DNA from: Pristiophorus japonicus | Taxonomy: Eukaryota | DNA length: 64,000 nucleotides | Direction of reading: 5' to 3' | NCBI RefSeq assembly: GCF_044704955.1 | Contig: NC_091981.1 | Location: 103,664,001-103,728,000, forward strand | Shown here: in pieces, positions 41,402-55,094 of the stretch | How positions within the stretch are numbered: position 1 is the stretch's first letter | Layout of the letters: the number at the start of each line of letters is the position of its first letter | Made by a program: the position numbers and the translations under genes | The notes under the pieces: model-generated | Database searches by the model: none | What the model was told of the DNA's origin: nothing | What the model saw: only the letters and a program-made list of their open reading frames with translations

Positions 41402-42011
41402 TGGAGTTGCTGCCTTTTTCCTCATTGTTGCCGGAAGAAGACTCCGGGCTGCTGCTCCCGGGGCTGGTCTCTTTCTCCACGGACACCCTCGAAGTCTCCG
41501 AACTTGAAGTTGCCGCAGACTGCACTTTATCTGGGCTCTTCTCCCCGCAATACTCCGACTGCTGATTCTCACTGGAACCGTAGGCAGTCTCGAAGAACTG
41601 ATCAAATCCTTGCGGCAGGACACCGTTCCTACCCACCGGGTTGTAGAAGCTGGAAGGCGCGTTGGAGCTGGGGTGGTAAACGCTGGCGCTATTTTTCATT
41701 AACATCTCGCCCATGGTGCTGGCAGGCAGACATTCTCTGTGCATCAGCTCCTCTGCGGAATAGCAATGGGGCAGATTGCCCCTGTGATGCCACTTATTGG
41801 AAGGATCGATGGCATAGTCTCTGAAGGTAACTTCTCGCACAGGTTGAACCTGGGGGATATTAGACGAGTAAGAGTATGTCATGGGGCGAGAAGCCGGTGT
41901 TTGGGGTAAAAAGGAAGGCAGGCTGGAGAAATCCGGACCCGAGACATAATAGGTGCAGCTAGGCAAATAAAGATTAGAGCCACAAGAAACCCGCTCATCA
42001 AAATCCATCAT
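41402..42011 (-). CDS. HOXA11: HoxA11 exon 1 ([37 protein letters not shown]...)
   Basis: PG11 N-terminal motifs ([23 protein letters not shown]); ATG at 42011; donor A|GTAGGT at 41402/41401. Confidence 0.96.
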
Positions 42012-45000
42012 CGCTTTCTTGGGGTCCCCTAGCGCAAGAAAAGCTTGCATTCGCACAGCTAAACATGGTCCTTAGATGCTGCTGCCTCTTTGAAGCTGAT
42101 CCGCGGAGTAAAAATTTGGAAACGTAAGCTGACGTGGAAATGTATCTCCATACATCGCAGGGACAAGCCAGTCATGTGACCTGATGCCTGGAGAAATTGA
42201 CATGCATCACTTTGGATTCCCCCCTCGCACCAGGAGCGTAAAGCTCCTTACATCTGAGCTCTGTACATTTCTAAAGGGGAAAAGGAAAGCTCGAATAATA
42301 CTGTAAAGGTGTTCAACCTTCACACCAGACACGCATTTGGCACATTTTCTTCACGTCGCTCCAATAAACTGACATGAAGCGAGGGTGCACGTAGAAACAA
42401 CTGCTAACGATTTCCGCAATGGAAATATATCAAAAACGGTTTATTTTCTAAAAAGAGCGATTTTCGACCGATCTCATATATGTTTGTTCTGCTGGAATAT
42501 TGTGGGAATATTCGGCATTTTTATTGGCAAATAATTCCCTTTACTTTCTTGGCATTTTAATGAGAGAAAACTGTGCAACATGCCTATTTCGCCTGCACAT
42601 AATTTGTGAAATCAGGGATAAATAATGACCAATACCCTGTAAGAAACCTTACCGAAATATAGAATGGTGCGAGAGCAATCTTTAAATGGCCAAATCCTGC
42701 TATATGAAAAATAATATCCTTTATCTTCCCTAAAAAAAACTATGAGAGCACACAATCATCTTTAGAACCCACAAAGACCAAGGGAAGATAAGTTAACCCC
42801 TCCACAAGTTCGACATGGGCGTGGGCTTGTCTGTGTTTTTGTGAGTGCATCCAAATCGATATAAGATTAATTCTCCCATAAAAAATGAACCTCTACAAAT
42901 CTGCCAAATGTGTGCGGTGAACAGGATTTTTTTTCTTTAAATTGTTATGCTGCTTCTGGCTTGCGGGCAAGCGGGCATGGTCACGTTCAACTCCAACACA
43001 TACAAAATCCTCGCCCAATCAGCAAAATTATATAAATCAGGTATCCATTTATTCGAGGAATATTAGCGTTAAAAAAATCCAATGTGCAGTCCAATGTCAC
43101 ATTTAGACAGATGTTTGTTAATGTGTTATTCAAGACAGAACACTTGCCGTCACTGAAAATAAGTTTAGGATGAAACAAACAGAGGTGAACAAAAGCGCGT
43201 AAAAGGAAAGATGTTCTACGTGACATTGGCCGTGGGCACATTATTTTCATACCTGAATACGTAAACGACACAGATTTAGTGCAGATTGAGATTTGCTTTA
43301 AATAGTTGAGTTTAGCGAGGGATTTATTCATTGAAGAACGTCCAATAAAATGCAGTTTATTTAGGGAAACTCACCGTGTAACAATCGCTATGATTTAAAT
43401 AGACGCTAAGGGTTTGAAAGCCATGCAATGAATCCTGTTGTTGTTGAAAAGAATGGGACTATAGAAAAGAGTTGATGTTAAACTTTGCCTTAGAATTTGT
43501 CACAAATTAGCTTATTGCGGTTCCAAAAACAACTGCGCAGTGCCAAAACAAACAGTTTCCTGGGAAAAAGAACCTTAGCCATAAACATTTGCCAGAAAGA
43601 CGTATAGTTAAATTAAATGCCATGCACTAAAATCTCTTTACTGGAAACCATTCTAGTTACAAGTTGACAATTTAATATTGCTTTTCTAATTGTTTCGTTA
43701 TAATAAACGAACAATAACGATATGAAAAGTCTGCAAATGCTTGCATCACAGATTTTATTCATTTTCTGACCTGCCCTAACTGGATAATTCAATCGCTAAA
43801 AAAATAAGGCCAGCATATAATACAGTAATCTGGATACTGAAAACACCGAGAATATTAATATGATTATATATAAACGCCATATTTTGTAATAAAGCTTGAT
43901 AATATTCAATATAAAGACTATGTGTGCAGTTCAGCCGTTGCTCATTACACTTACCCAACACTTCTACATTTTTATTTAAAATCTTGTTGGAAAATAAAAT
44001 GATTTGTATGAAATGGAATGATACAGGGAAGCCATAATATGCGAGTGGCTGCACATTTGACAGTTTAAAAATAAGATATGAACCAAATAGTAAACTGAAT
44101 AGGTCTCGCAATCGGGTACATTTAGTAACCTCCGTATTCAAAATTACTTAGGTATGATGTAGAATTTGAAGGTTTACGATTTAAAAAAGGAAAGGAAATC
44201 CGAGGAAGGTGGTGCGATCTGTCGCTGTATGAATGGGCAAATTCCTACACAAGTACAGTGTTTTTCATAATATAATTAAATGCAGGGCGCCTATGAGAAC
44301 CGAAAGCGGTTTAGTTTGGCCTGCGGTTTTAATAGCAGCTTTGACAACCAGCTTCACCAGATGCCCAAATAAGCATTATAGCTGACCAGGGGTGAGCTAA
44401 AGACGCCACCTACATGGAATCCCTGACATTCCCCGCTAACGTGAGCAATCAGGCGTCCCCAAAAAGAGACAAGGACGTGGCCTTTGTCTGATAAAAGTCG
44501 AGCTGAGTTTTAAAGAGTACTGTACATTGCGCGTCTTTGCTACGTGTTGATCAAAATCTAGTTCTTGTCCCTTTCTTTCTCTGCGAGAAGGATGGATTCT
44601 ACGTAAATGTGTTGCTGTGTGTTTTAACGCAGTTTGCCTATAATGCTTCAAAGAGAATAACAGAAGCAAAGTTGCAGCTATTTAATAATCTTCCAAACGA
44701 AAAAGGGAAGCTGACGATTGCGTTTCCGATTAAATAAAAGCCGAAAAATGAGCAAAGATCCATCTTATTCGCTGCGCCATTTTCTATCCATTTCTCAGTT
44801 ATCACACTTCTATTGTAGTAAGTATCGCCCTTTTACAGTTGACTTGCAATTACAGATTCTACATCAAATTAACTCCTTTCGTCATTTTTAGTCTTTAGTC
44901 GTAGTCATTTCCAAGAACATAGTCACGGAAAGCTAAAGGGATGGTTCCAAAAATTAAATATGCCTACCTTGTTGATGTTATATCGAGCACACACTGCGGG

Positions 45001-47750
45001 CATTCAGTTGATATTTGATGTGAATGAAATGTAATGTAAATGCCGAAGTTTAAGGGGATCACTGAATTATTGCGGCGCAGGCTATTTTCCTGCAGGAGTC
45101 CAACTCAACGGGAGAGATGGGACCCGGATGAAGCTGAATTTCTTCACACTGATGTATACTTCGAAGCTTCGTCGCAGTTATTGTCAGAAACGAAATCGGA
45201 TTTAAAATTCTAACGTTGAAGTTTGAACATAAAAGCAAGCACAAAAATAAGATTGTGGTAAGACAAAGTCTTCACGTGAATTGTTGGACGCCTTTACCAT
45301 TTAAGGATGCACAGCCTGCTTAACATTGAACTTCAACTTTGGAAAATACTGCACAACTAAAATAAATTCACTTTTTAAAGAGGGAAGTTATACTATGCGA
45401 AATTAAAATTAAGTCATGATGAAAATTGCTTAAATCCAATGTTCCTCTTCAAAAAAAGATAATTATTTGGACGAGCCCTGCCGACATTTGTAAAGTCGAT
45501 CTTGTCATTAATTGTAATGTAATGGAAAAGGAAATGAAAATTTAATTCGTCATTCATGGATTCATTAACTTTAAAGTCTCACTATCCGCGGGGTAAAAAT
45601 TAATAACTATATTTGCGGCGAGTACACTTTTACTGTTACCCTCAAGCATTCAAACCGCCAGCCATATTGTCCTTCACAGGTTTTACAGACATTTGTACTC
45701 ACATTAGTTCTTTACTTGCTCCCATGAATTACATTGCACGTTACTTATCACTGTGCAAATAAAGTAACATATGTCTTATTTGTGTGCAACCGCAAAAGCA
45801 CTTCGCTATACTACACCCCAAGCTAATTTTCTAATGTGGAATGGTTTAACTCATTACTGCATTATCTGTCTCTTTTTTAGACGGGAAAAACGTTGTAAAT
45901 GAGAAGAGTGTCTTCTTGAATAAGTGGAAAGTGGATAATTCCTGATTTAGCCTCCTACATGTAATATGAAATATTCAGCTGAAGCTATTGTCAGACAGTA
46001 AGTGTCGCCTTGTAACGGAATTCCTTCACATTATTATAATACTTCATTATAGTTATTAGTTCAAAAATAAACTGACTTCGAAATTGGCAGGGCAAGCTGC
46101 GCGCAATAAAACGGTCATATATTTTCCTGGCAATATCATTCTACATTTTAAGTCAATGGTGTGAAATCAAATAAAATGAAAAATAAAATTCTTTTTTGGT
46201 GGCGGGGGTCTACAATGACTTTATTTTTCTCTGATTACCAAAAAAATGTCACGAATCTCAAAATCTAAACTGCAAATAATTGGCCTCAGAAGGGTGCGTC
46301 TCTTTTATCGAAAATCCATGTTGTTTTTGCGTGTGAGGTTGTTTTGCCCCCTTGTTCAGTGACACTGGCAATGACAAGACAACGGTGACGGGCGGCCATT
46401 TTTATGCGTAGCGTCTCGGAAATTCTGCAGAAAGTTCATTTAAATACTTCAAGAAACGAACACTTTATTAGAAAGATGCGTTGAATTGATTAAAAAAAAG
46501 TTTTTGAAGATTAAAACACAGCCCGAGTAGAGCAATAATCGGACACAGCCTCCAAGCCAATTGAACTTGACGATGAAAACTAAGCCAAAGTTGTATCGTT
46601 TTGTTTCATTGTAATTTTTGTTGAACTACAGTAGATTTATTAAAATGACTGTGAACTAAGACATTCCACATAGAATAACGTGACCCTCAACTAAGCAACA
46701 GAAATATTTTAAACTTGATTTTTTTCTAATATTCTTTTGGTGCCCTATCAAAACCAGGACAGCACAGTCATACCCTCAAAGAATCAGTAAGGATTGGCAG
46801 TGAAACCTGAAATAACACGGCTTGTAAATTATAAGTGAGCATTTTACATGTTTTACTTATTTGCGCGGAAATTTATATTTCTCTCTGAAATCCTACAGTA
46901 TACTATGAAAAGGAATGCGTATATCTATAGTATTGGCACTTTTGTTATGGTAAATATGTACTACTTTGATTCCGAATTCTTTTTAACTTCTGTATATTTC
47001 CCCGATAAAATTTTTGAAACACTTTTGCGTGTTTTATTATGGTACTTTAAGCAATTATTTCAATATATTCCAAAATTAGGAACCCAAATATGTCAAGCTG
47101 CCCAATAAGTCACGCAGAAAAACTGTGCCGGTGCTTTTTTTTAACACTGCATGGCAAAATAAATGAGACGTTAATTAATACTGAAACTTTCCTTTTGAAT
47201 AATTTAGGCCTAATCGTCGTAATATTGGTATTTACAAATAAACGTGAACAATGTTTCAATTCTGAGCAGTTTTGCGTCTAATACCTGCGATTTTATTTTG
47301 AACAACACATTCATTATCACTGTTATACGAAATGACAATTTGAAGAGGGTGGGTAGTTCATGTAATGGTTTTGAACTTGGCATGCACGACAAAAAAATAA
47401 TGCGGAGATATACCCGTTGCTGACAGAGCAACATTTCAGCTATAAGTTTAGTATTTCAACGCGGATTCATGAAATATAAAAAATAAATATGTTGAATAAA
47501 CCCAATAATAGTTAGGTTGTAATTTTCGGCATTGTTATCCTTCACGAGAACATACCATCGATATATTTGTGTTAACTGACGCCTCTCCTCTATTGCAATA
47601 TAAATGCCGGGCCAAGCAGTCATGAACATTGAAATATCAAGAAGAGATGCAGAGTTCCACCTGAAATGACCGGGTTTGAACTTGGCAGCTCCTTACTTTG
47701 AACTTGGCTAGAGGAACACAGTTCTCTTCATTAAAAGGCACTCTACTTAC

Positions 47751-48070
47751 CTCACCGAGTATCAAAAACGGTAACATGAGAAGATAAACTATTTTCCTAC
47801 ATATTTCGGATGGATTCTTCCAGCTTTCTAATCCTCAATCTTTCAATAAATAGCCGGTACTTCAGGATGCGCAGGTGCGGTAGTTTCGGAACATTTCCTG
47901 AAGCTTTCTATCTATCCAGTGCCCAGTTGGCGTACCCATATGAGCACAGCGGCGGCCGTCTTCAAATTGCACCTAATCTTTGGCAGGTTAGCATATTCCA
48001 AGCCGTGGAGTGATGCAGTTGTCGCCTAGATGAACATTCAGGACCCACAAACGACGCATGTGTGCTCACT
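47751..48070 (-). pseudogene. Putative HoxA12 exon-1 relic
   Basis: Minus strand reads SEH..FVGP / NVHLGDNCITP...IC*PAKD*V / CNL...CSYGY. This is collinear with Hox12 N-termini (HoxC12 [26 protein letters not shown]...SYPRRDNVCSL...CNGY, from memory). It ends at a perfect donor GAG|GTAAGT (47751/47750) and sits between HoxA11 and HoxA13. Confidence 0.6.
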
Positions 48071-49512
48071 AAACTTAGAATGTGAAAAATGACTGAATCC
48101 CTTTCAACTGAAAGAGAATATGGAATTACATTGACATACTGAAATTGTGTTAAATGTCAACAGGACTGACCAGGACTGTATGCACCAGAGAAGAGACGGA
48201 CTGAACTGTATATTAATGAAAGCTACAATTAACGAATTGCACGCGCACTCGTTCTGATGCTTTATTAATGAGTTATGTAAATTACTTTGGATGACAGTGG
48301 CTCTGAATGTCGTTATATATTTTTCTGAATGTAGGACTTAATAAATGCTTTGAGCTCAATGGGCAAAGTCCATATCACAATATGATGCTTCAGTTTTTTA
48401 AGAGTATGCTTTCACACAACTGTGAATGAATTTACCATTGGAACTTTTATTTTATCTGTTTACATCCGTCGATGTAGAGATACAAAGCTAAAGTTTTACT
48501 GCTAATTCATTAACTATTTGAAAACAAATCACATTAACAAATAAATGAGAACCATATCACATTCCGAATACGATGCATAAATAACATCTCAGAATAATAG
48601 ATGGAGTTGGACAAATCGTCGACGTTAATTATACTGAAGAACATTTCGGCCTGTATGATTTCGGGAAACCATTAAAGAGCATCACTACACTACTGGAGGA
48701 CTGCGCTGTAAGATCATGCGAAAAATGTATTTCAAAGGGATTCAATATTTCATAAACCGGCACAGAAATTAAAGAATGAAAATTAGGATTAAAAAATCAA
48801 GTGTTTTTTGCTTTGAATGACAGTCAGTCATTACTTTAATCTCAGACTTGCATCTGGAGATGCAAAAATAATAATACAATTAAGACGTAATGAACCATTT
48901 TATGTCCAACATAACATATCCCACAAATGGGACAGTTGGAGTTGTAATTTTAAGGAAGTCTCGAGTTATACATCATGCAAAATATATTACGGTATATTAA
49001 AGCAATTTTTTGATCTGTAACTTTATAATGTTAAGTGGAAATAAATTGACATAATCACATATATGTTAACTAAGAAATACTTGAGCGTTTGCAAATAGTC
49101 ACATTTAATTTGTTATCAATAGAAATATTTAAAAGAAGATTTCCACGAACTGAAATATATTTCGCAGCAAAAGACACTAACATATATCAGACGTATAATA
49201 CTATAATCATTCCTCATGTTAGTTTGTAAACTTAAAACCTGTTAGTCAGGTAAAAGTGAAACGTTACACACCCGAAATGTCATGCAGCATAACCTGCCCC
49301 AAGTATGTGTATGTGTATAGATTTTTTATGTGTATTGAAAAACAGAGTCTGCACTATGTTTTCATGTGACTTCATTCAATAAGATCTGTTCAGATTCCTG
49401 AAAGGGCTTTGAGTTTCAAGTAAATTGTGTAGGTTTTTTTTAACACACCTTTTTAGACTTAACGTATTAAACTAATGTTTTATTTAAGTGACTAATCACA
49501 TTTAAAAGTTTG

Positions 49513-49628
49513 TGTATATCAACAGGAAATATACCCATTTATTTTACGTATATATTTATCAACATGAAATATACCCGTTTAGTATATAGTTATATCAAAT
49601 AAACAGATATATTTCATGTTGATATACA
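49513..49628. repeat. Small foldback/direct-repeat element with 21-bp terminal inverted repeats
   Basis: tgtatatcaacaggaaatata (49513) matches the reverse complement of tatatttcatgttgatataca (49608-49628) with 1 mismatch; an internal direct copy lies at 49557-49581. Confidence 0.75.
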
Positions 49629-52340
49629 TCCATTAATATGCACACACAAAATTAATATTCGCAAATATTATACTGTGGCAGGTAATCTGTAAATTCAATG
49701 TTTGAAGTCGCATAAATGGCCTTGTTTGTGTACTATATATTTTAATCTTATAAAATGCAGTTTATTATTTGTGAAATATATTGGACACATGAACGACTAA
49801 AGTAGGAAACCACGATTGTTTCCGAAATATCCCATTTTTAAAGGATTACACTTTTCCGATCCATGTTGTCAGCAATGTCTTTTGAAGTAATCACCATTTT
49901 TGCACTGTGGGTATATTCTGTTCTAAATGAAAGTAAAACAACGAGTCAACGTGTACATCCAAGCACCTTTGACGTAACTAGAAGCAGGCATATTTCAACC
50001 CCAAGGCTCCAGTTGATTATTCATTTAAAGAAACAAGTTAATTTTTGGATCAAAGTGGCTCAATAATATTTGGTTATAAATGTTAAAGTAAATTCAACAA
50101 TTTTAAAGTCAGTCTGGTGTAATTTTGTTTAAAAATATAGATAGCCCGTTCAAGAAAATATGCATACTGTTCATTGGGGGCATAGTACATTTAATTAAAA
50201 TCCATTTTAAACAGCTCGAGGTTTTTCATTGAATTAAGGTCAGGCATTTTACATTAAACATTATTTTGTAATGATTCACACTAAACGTTACATATTAATT
50301 TATATTGTTTGTTATTAAGAATATTAAGATTTGGATGCATTTAACTGCATGATATGAAGTTCTATTTGGAAATAAACACAAAAAATTAAAACGCGTTTTG
50401 CAGTGTGTGTATATATAGTACCTCATACAACTAATTATGCATAACCTTAGAATTGCTAGTGTGGCTGCAGCCGAGTGAAAGGAAAGAAACAAAATAAATC
50501 AAATATACCGTTTTATCAAGATAAATAAACACACAGGCTGCAAATAAAACAATCACTCCAAGTTAATTTAATTTGGATATAGACACAATGATGTGAAGGT
50601 TTGCACATTTTTAAAAGGTGGCGATAAGAGAAACGAAATGAAATCCAAAACTGTATTGAAGACCTTTCCAGGCCTTAATACGCATTCGATTCTCGTCAAT
50701 GGCTGCTACGTTTTTTTTCTAATGAACGCTAATGTATCATAGAATGATAGGCACTCTTATAATTATAGCCGATACAGAGCATAAATTCCGTTAAATTCGA
50801 TTAATAATGTTTGTTTCGTGTATTTCCATCGAAATTTCAAATCTTTTATGGCATTCTAATGTAACGTGCGAGCTTCTTCGTGAGGACTACAGAGGAGACC
50901 CTTCCTAAAGTTATTTCACAACACAAATTCAATTATGTACAATGCATTATCGTTTTTACAATAAACTAGGTTAATCGCTCATGATCGCCACTGTACTCAT
51001 AAAAGGTACATTTATTTACTGTAAATTGAGATTCACAGTTCAAGATGAATCCATTGGCGCAGAACCTTTGCAAGAACCGAAGGCTAAATGAGTATATTCT
51101 AGAATGTCAATTTCAACGGATTGCATTTTCTGTTTTGCTAGGCTTGTATCACGAGGTAACATTGAATATATGGTTAACTTTACTTGAATCTTTATCTTGC
51201 AATAAATGAATAACAAGAAATGACCCGAGTAATCCGAAATGTCCAATTCACTGCTGTATGGCAATGGAGACCTTTTTCCATTAGCCCAAGAAGCCCGAAA
51301 GAAATGTTTGCACTGGACTGATTTCTTTGGAAAGCTCGGATAAATCTGATCTGTTTTGATCGCACCAATCAACAATGGTTACTCATAACGAATAAAACAC
51401 TAATTAACTATGTATTTCTCTTCCTTGTAAATAGAAATATTGCGATATTTCTAAACTCGGCGCATCTAGTAAACAACTATAAGCTGATCATTAGATCAGC
51501 CTTGATCAGAGAGAATGTGGGTGGTTCTTTTCAAGTGTTTTCCAACAAATATTTAGTCGGATTTTACAAGGGGATGCCGCGATTGGTTCGACTACGTCAT
51601 GTGATGAGTGTAGAATATAATAATCCCACAACATTTTGACAAATCAGCTTTCACTTTGCACCAGGCGACTCCTGGATTGCCGTTTCGGTTGTATTAAGAA
51701 AGGACACAAGCTGGGCTGGACATTACCCATTTAATATTGATTGGAAATAAATGTAGCAAAAATGCATCGGTTACATAAGCGAACCTGCTTAGCTTGGTCA
51801 CAATTAATAATTGGAAAGAGCGCCTTTCTATAACGCCCGCGATAAAAACGGAATACAGTTTGCATGTCTATGGAATTTATCTATCATTCTATATCATTTT
51901 AACTGAAACGTTGAGGTACATAGATGCAATTTTTGGTTGATGTAAAGGTAAAAGGCAGATTAAATTATAGCTTTACACTTCTATTCCCCCCACCCCCCCC
52001 CCCCCAAATGGAATTTCACATACAATTTCCCACATTTTCTATTTGAAATTAATGTAGACTGCATGCTTTATAAATTTATGGGCACAATTCTTAACATCTC
52101 GGGTTGTTTCTAACGAAATTGCATAATGCCACTTACACGGAAAAAACAGCTAAGTGATTGCTTTAGTTTTGTGAAACTAGATGCTAAAATGTGCAACTAT
52201 ATGATCAGATACGGTGTACAGGAATTGAATTGATAAATCTGACTAACAGATTAGCAGAAGTAGATAGAGAGATGCAGTTAAAGGCAGATTGATAGAGTGA
52301 TGGAAGATATATAGACTGATACGCTATAGACTGACTGATC

Positions 52341-52361
52341 ATATATATATATATATATATA
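52341..52361. repeat. (AT)n microsatellite next to a degenerate GATA/GACT-rich tract
   Basis: Read directly. Confidence 0.85.
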
Positions 52362-54439
52362 CATATTAAACATCATTATAATAAAACTATGCATTTTACA
52401 AATGTGCTAATGATCATCTTTACCTGGTCAGTTTGGTTTCCTTTTCTTTAATAATTTTACACAGGCTGAAATATAAACTATCTTGGAAATTAATTTACAA
52501 ACTATGTCACCATAGGTCTTTCTTTATATGGAATCTACACCTTCCCGCTCGTGATTTTAGTTCAACCTCAAAAGCTTGGTGATTGTTTTTGGAGGTTTTA
52601 TTGTTTACATATATATAGTAATTCATTCCTGACAAGTCGTTGAAACTTGAACTTTAAAAATAATTTATCTGAGCTTTTCCACAATTTGGACAATGCATAC
52701 GTCGTTGTTTGTATTAATGATCTACATTTGACGGCCCCAGATCAACCTCTGCTTGTTTATTGTTGAAACATATATGTTAGGGTGCTCGCTTGCTCAAAGC
52801 CCATATAAATGAATATCCGCAGATGTAACGGTAGATGGCGCACTTGCTCTACCAATACACTTCATGACTATTCATGGGCTTTTAATAGTCAAGGTCAAAG
52901 ACTATCTGTTTTCGTCAAGGTCAAGGTTTAAGCCCCCCTCCTAATGCCCTGCCCCCATTTACAAACCAAAGGCAAAACGTATATTTCCAATCAGAATATG
53001 GAGACTCTGATGTTTATTGCTTTTAAACTTTCGGTATATTTTAATACAAACTTTGGGATTCCAGTTCCAGAAAGTGTTTCGATCAAAATAATCTTGATAC
53101 TTTCCCTGCCAGTAATGTTTTCGATTAAAAACAGCAGGGAATATTCACGGATACCTTATATTCTTATCAAATTTCTTGATTATTTCTAAGAACTTTAGTA
53201 CGAAAGCATGATTTCAAGGTATTTTAAACAAATGGCCTGGCTGACATCAAGAATAAATCTACTTGACCCATATTCTCTACATTTTTGTTTTAAAAGCTCT
53301 TAGTTTGGCGTCATGTTTCTTAACAAAAAATGCGACGCTGTTGTTTATAAAGACCTTTTTATTCGTGAAATAATTTGTTTTAATGCAAGTAATTCACTAG
53401 ATGAATAAAGACAACAGGGTATACAGATTAAATAGCTGCATAATAGTAATGCAAGACATATCTTAATTTCATGATTATCATTGGTGATTTAATTTTGTAA
53501 CTATAATTGGTATATATTAACTAAGCAGGAGAGGTGCAAGCAGATATACAATGCAGTATTTAAAAAAATACAATTGCACACATCTTTAGAAGGAAGCTGT
53601 GCGCCTTAACTCTGCGTGGAGACTAATGCTATGTGAGGTGGGTAATATAACTAGCAGACAAAAAAGTCTTGATGTTTAGTTAATGTACACGGGAGGGGGG
53701 TTCCATGTTCGCAGACAGATCTTTATTCCGCTTTTCAGAAACTGACAATCTACGTTGCTGTTTAATTGCGAAAGGCGTGGATGCTCCTAAATATATACAC
53801 TAGACAAAATGTAGAGCCCTAGAATAGTGCGTATTTACTTTCCGATATACATTGCTGTTTAGAATATATTCTTCCTTCTACCTGTACATTAATATCTTCA
53901 GAGATAGCGCATCCCTTCCAAAGAAAATGTAGTGCGTAAACATACATTTTATTATACATTTCACGATATATCCCATGGTTTACCTGAGGAAAAAATAGCA
54001 TGCACTCTAGTTTTTTTTTAATTAACCAGAACCTTTTTCGGCAATACACATTTTCTTCAGGTGCTTTGATGAACTTTATGCGAAGGTAGTGGATAAATCA
54101 AATTGGTACATTTAGTCTTTTAAAGTGATATATTTTATATGCATTAAACAATTAACTCCGCATGTTTACTACATTTAAAAATAGCAACTCTCTAGATTCT
54201 TGATTAATGGATTTGATTTACTTTTGATGAATATTTAGTTTGCTTTAACAAAATCGTTATACAATTTCTCTCCTAGATATTAACTTGTGTGTGTTTCTGT
54301 TTTTTTAAAGCAATGTGCAGGCAGAAAGAAAAAAAAATCTAGCATCAAGAAAATGAGCTGAGGTGGGTTTTTTCTCCAGGTTGAGATCAGTTTTTTTTAC
54401 ATTTTCAAAAGAAGTCCGAACGTTTCTGGAATTGTCGCA

Positions 54440-54684
54440 CTAGCTGTTACTTTTCAGTTTCGTAAGAACTTTCTTTTCTTTGACTCGTCTGTTTTGAAAC
54501 CAAATAGTGACTTGTCTCTCAGAGAGGTTCGTTGATGCCGATATCCTCCTTCGTTTGTCTTTGGTAATGAATTTATTGGTAGCATATTCCCGCTCAAGTT
54601 CTTTCAACTGCACTTTGGTATAAGGCACTCGTTTCTTTCTCCCACGCCGAAAAGAGCTCGCATCCGAAGGGTGCGAAACGACGT
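54440..54684 (-). CDS. HOXA13: HoxA13 exon 2 ([81 protein letters not shown])
   Basis: A13-type homeodomain; acceptor cacag| at 54685/54684; 649+245=894 nt, 297 aa. Confidence 0.96.
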
Positions 54685-55094
54685 CTGTGAAGAGAAAAAC
54701 ATACCTTACCATCCATGGAATTTAGCACTTGTCACCAATTAAAAGTTTAAAAACGGGCACTGTCGCCGGAGTCAAGTTCAAGATCACACCAGGGAGATGT
54801 TATATCGAGTGTACTTTTTGAAATAAATTATATGGCAGAAAATATAATTTTGTACAATACGTTGGAATTGTAAAGTCATTATGAAAAATCATGCAAAATA
54901 ATATTTAGGCAGTACACTAAACATTAAAGTAAATGATAATATATTCCTTATATTAGGGAATTACGAATATCATCTCTTAATTATAATCTATTTTATATAT
55001 TATCCACTGACCCGTGCATCAGAATGCTTTGTTCCCTTCATTGAACTCGCTTCTGGAGATAATTGAAAGCGCGCTGTCTTTTATCTATACTTAC

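Noticed and set aside
47401-47473. FMNPR*NTKLIAEMLLCQQRV as a HoxA12 homeodomain relic (F, N, L, L, Q, V in register)
   Set aside because: Only 6 of 21 identities, no WFQN and no basic arm upstream; too weak alone, though worth including in the A12 alignment test.
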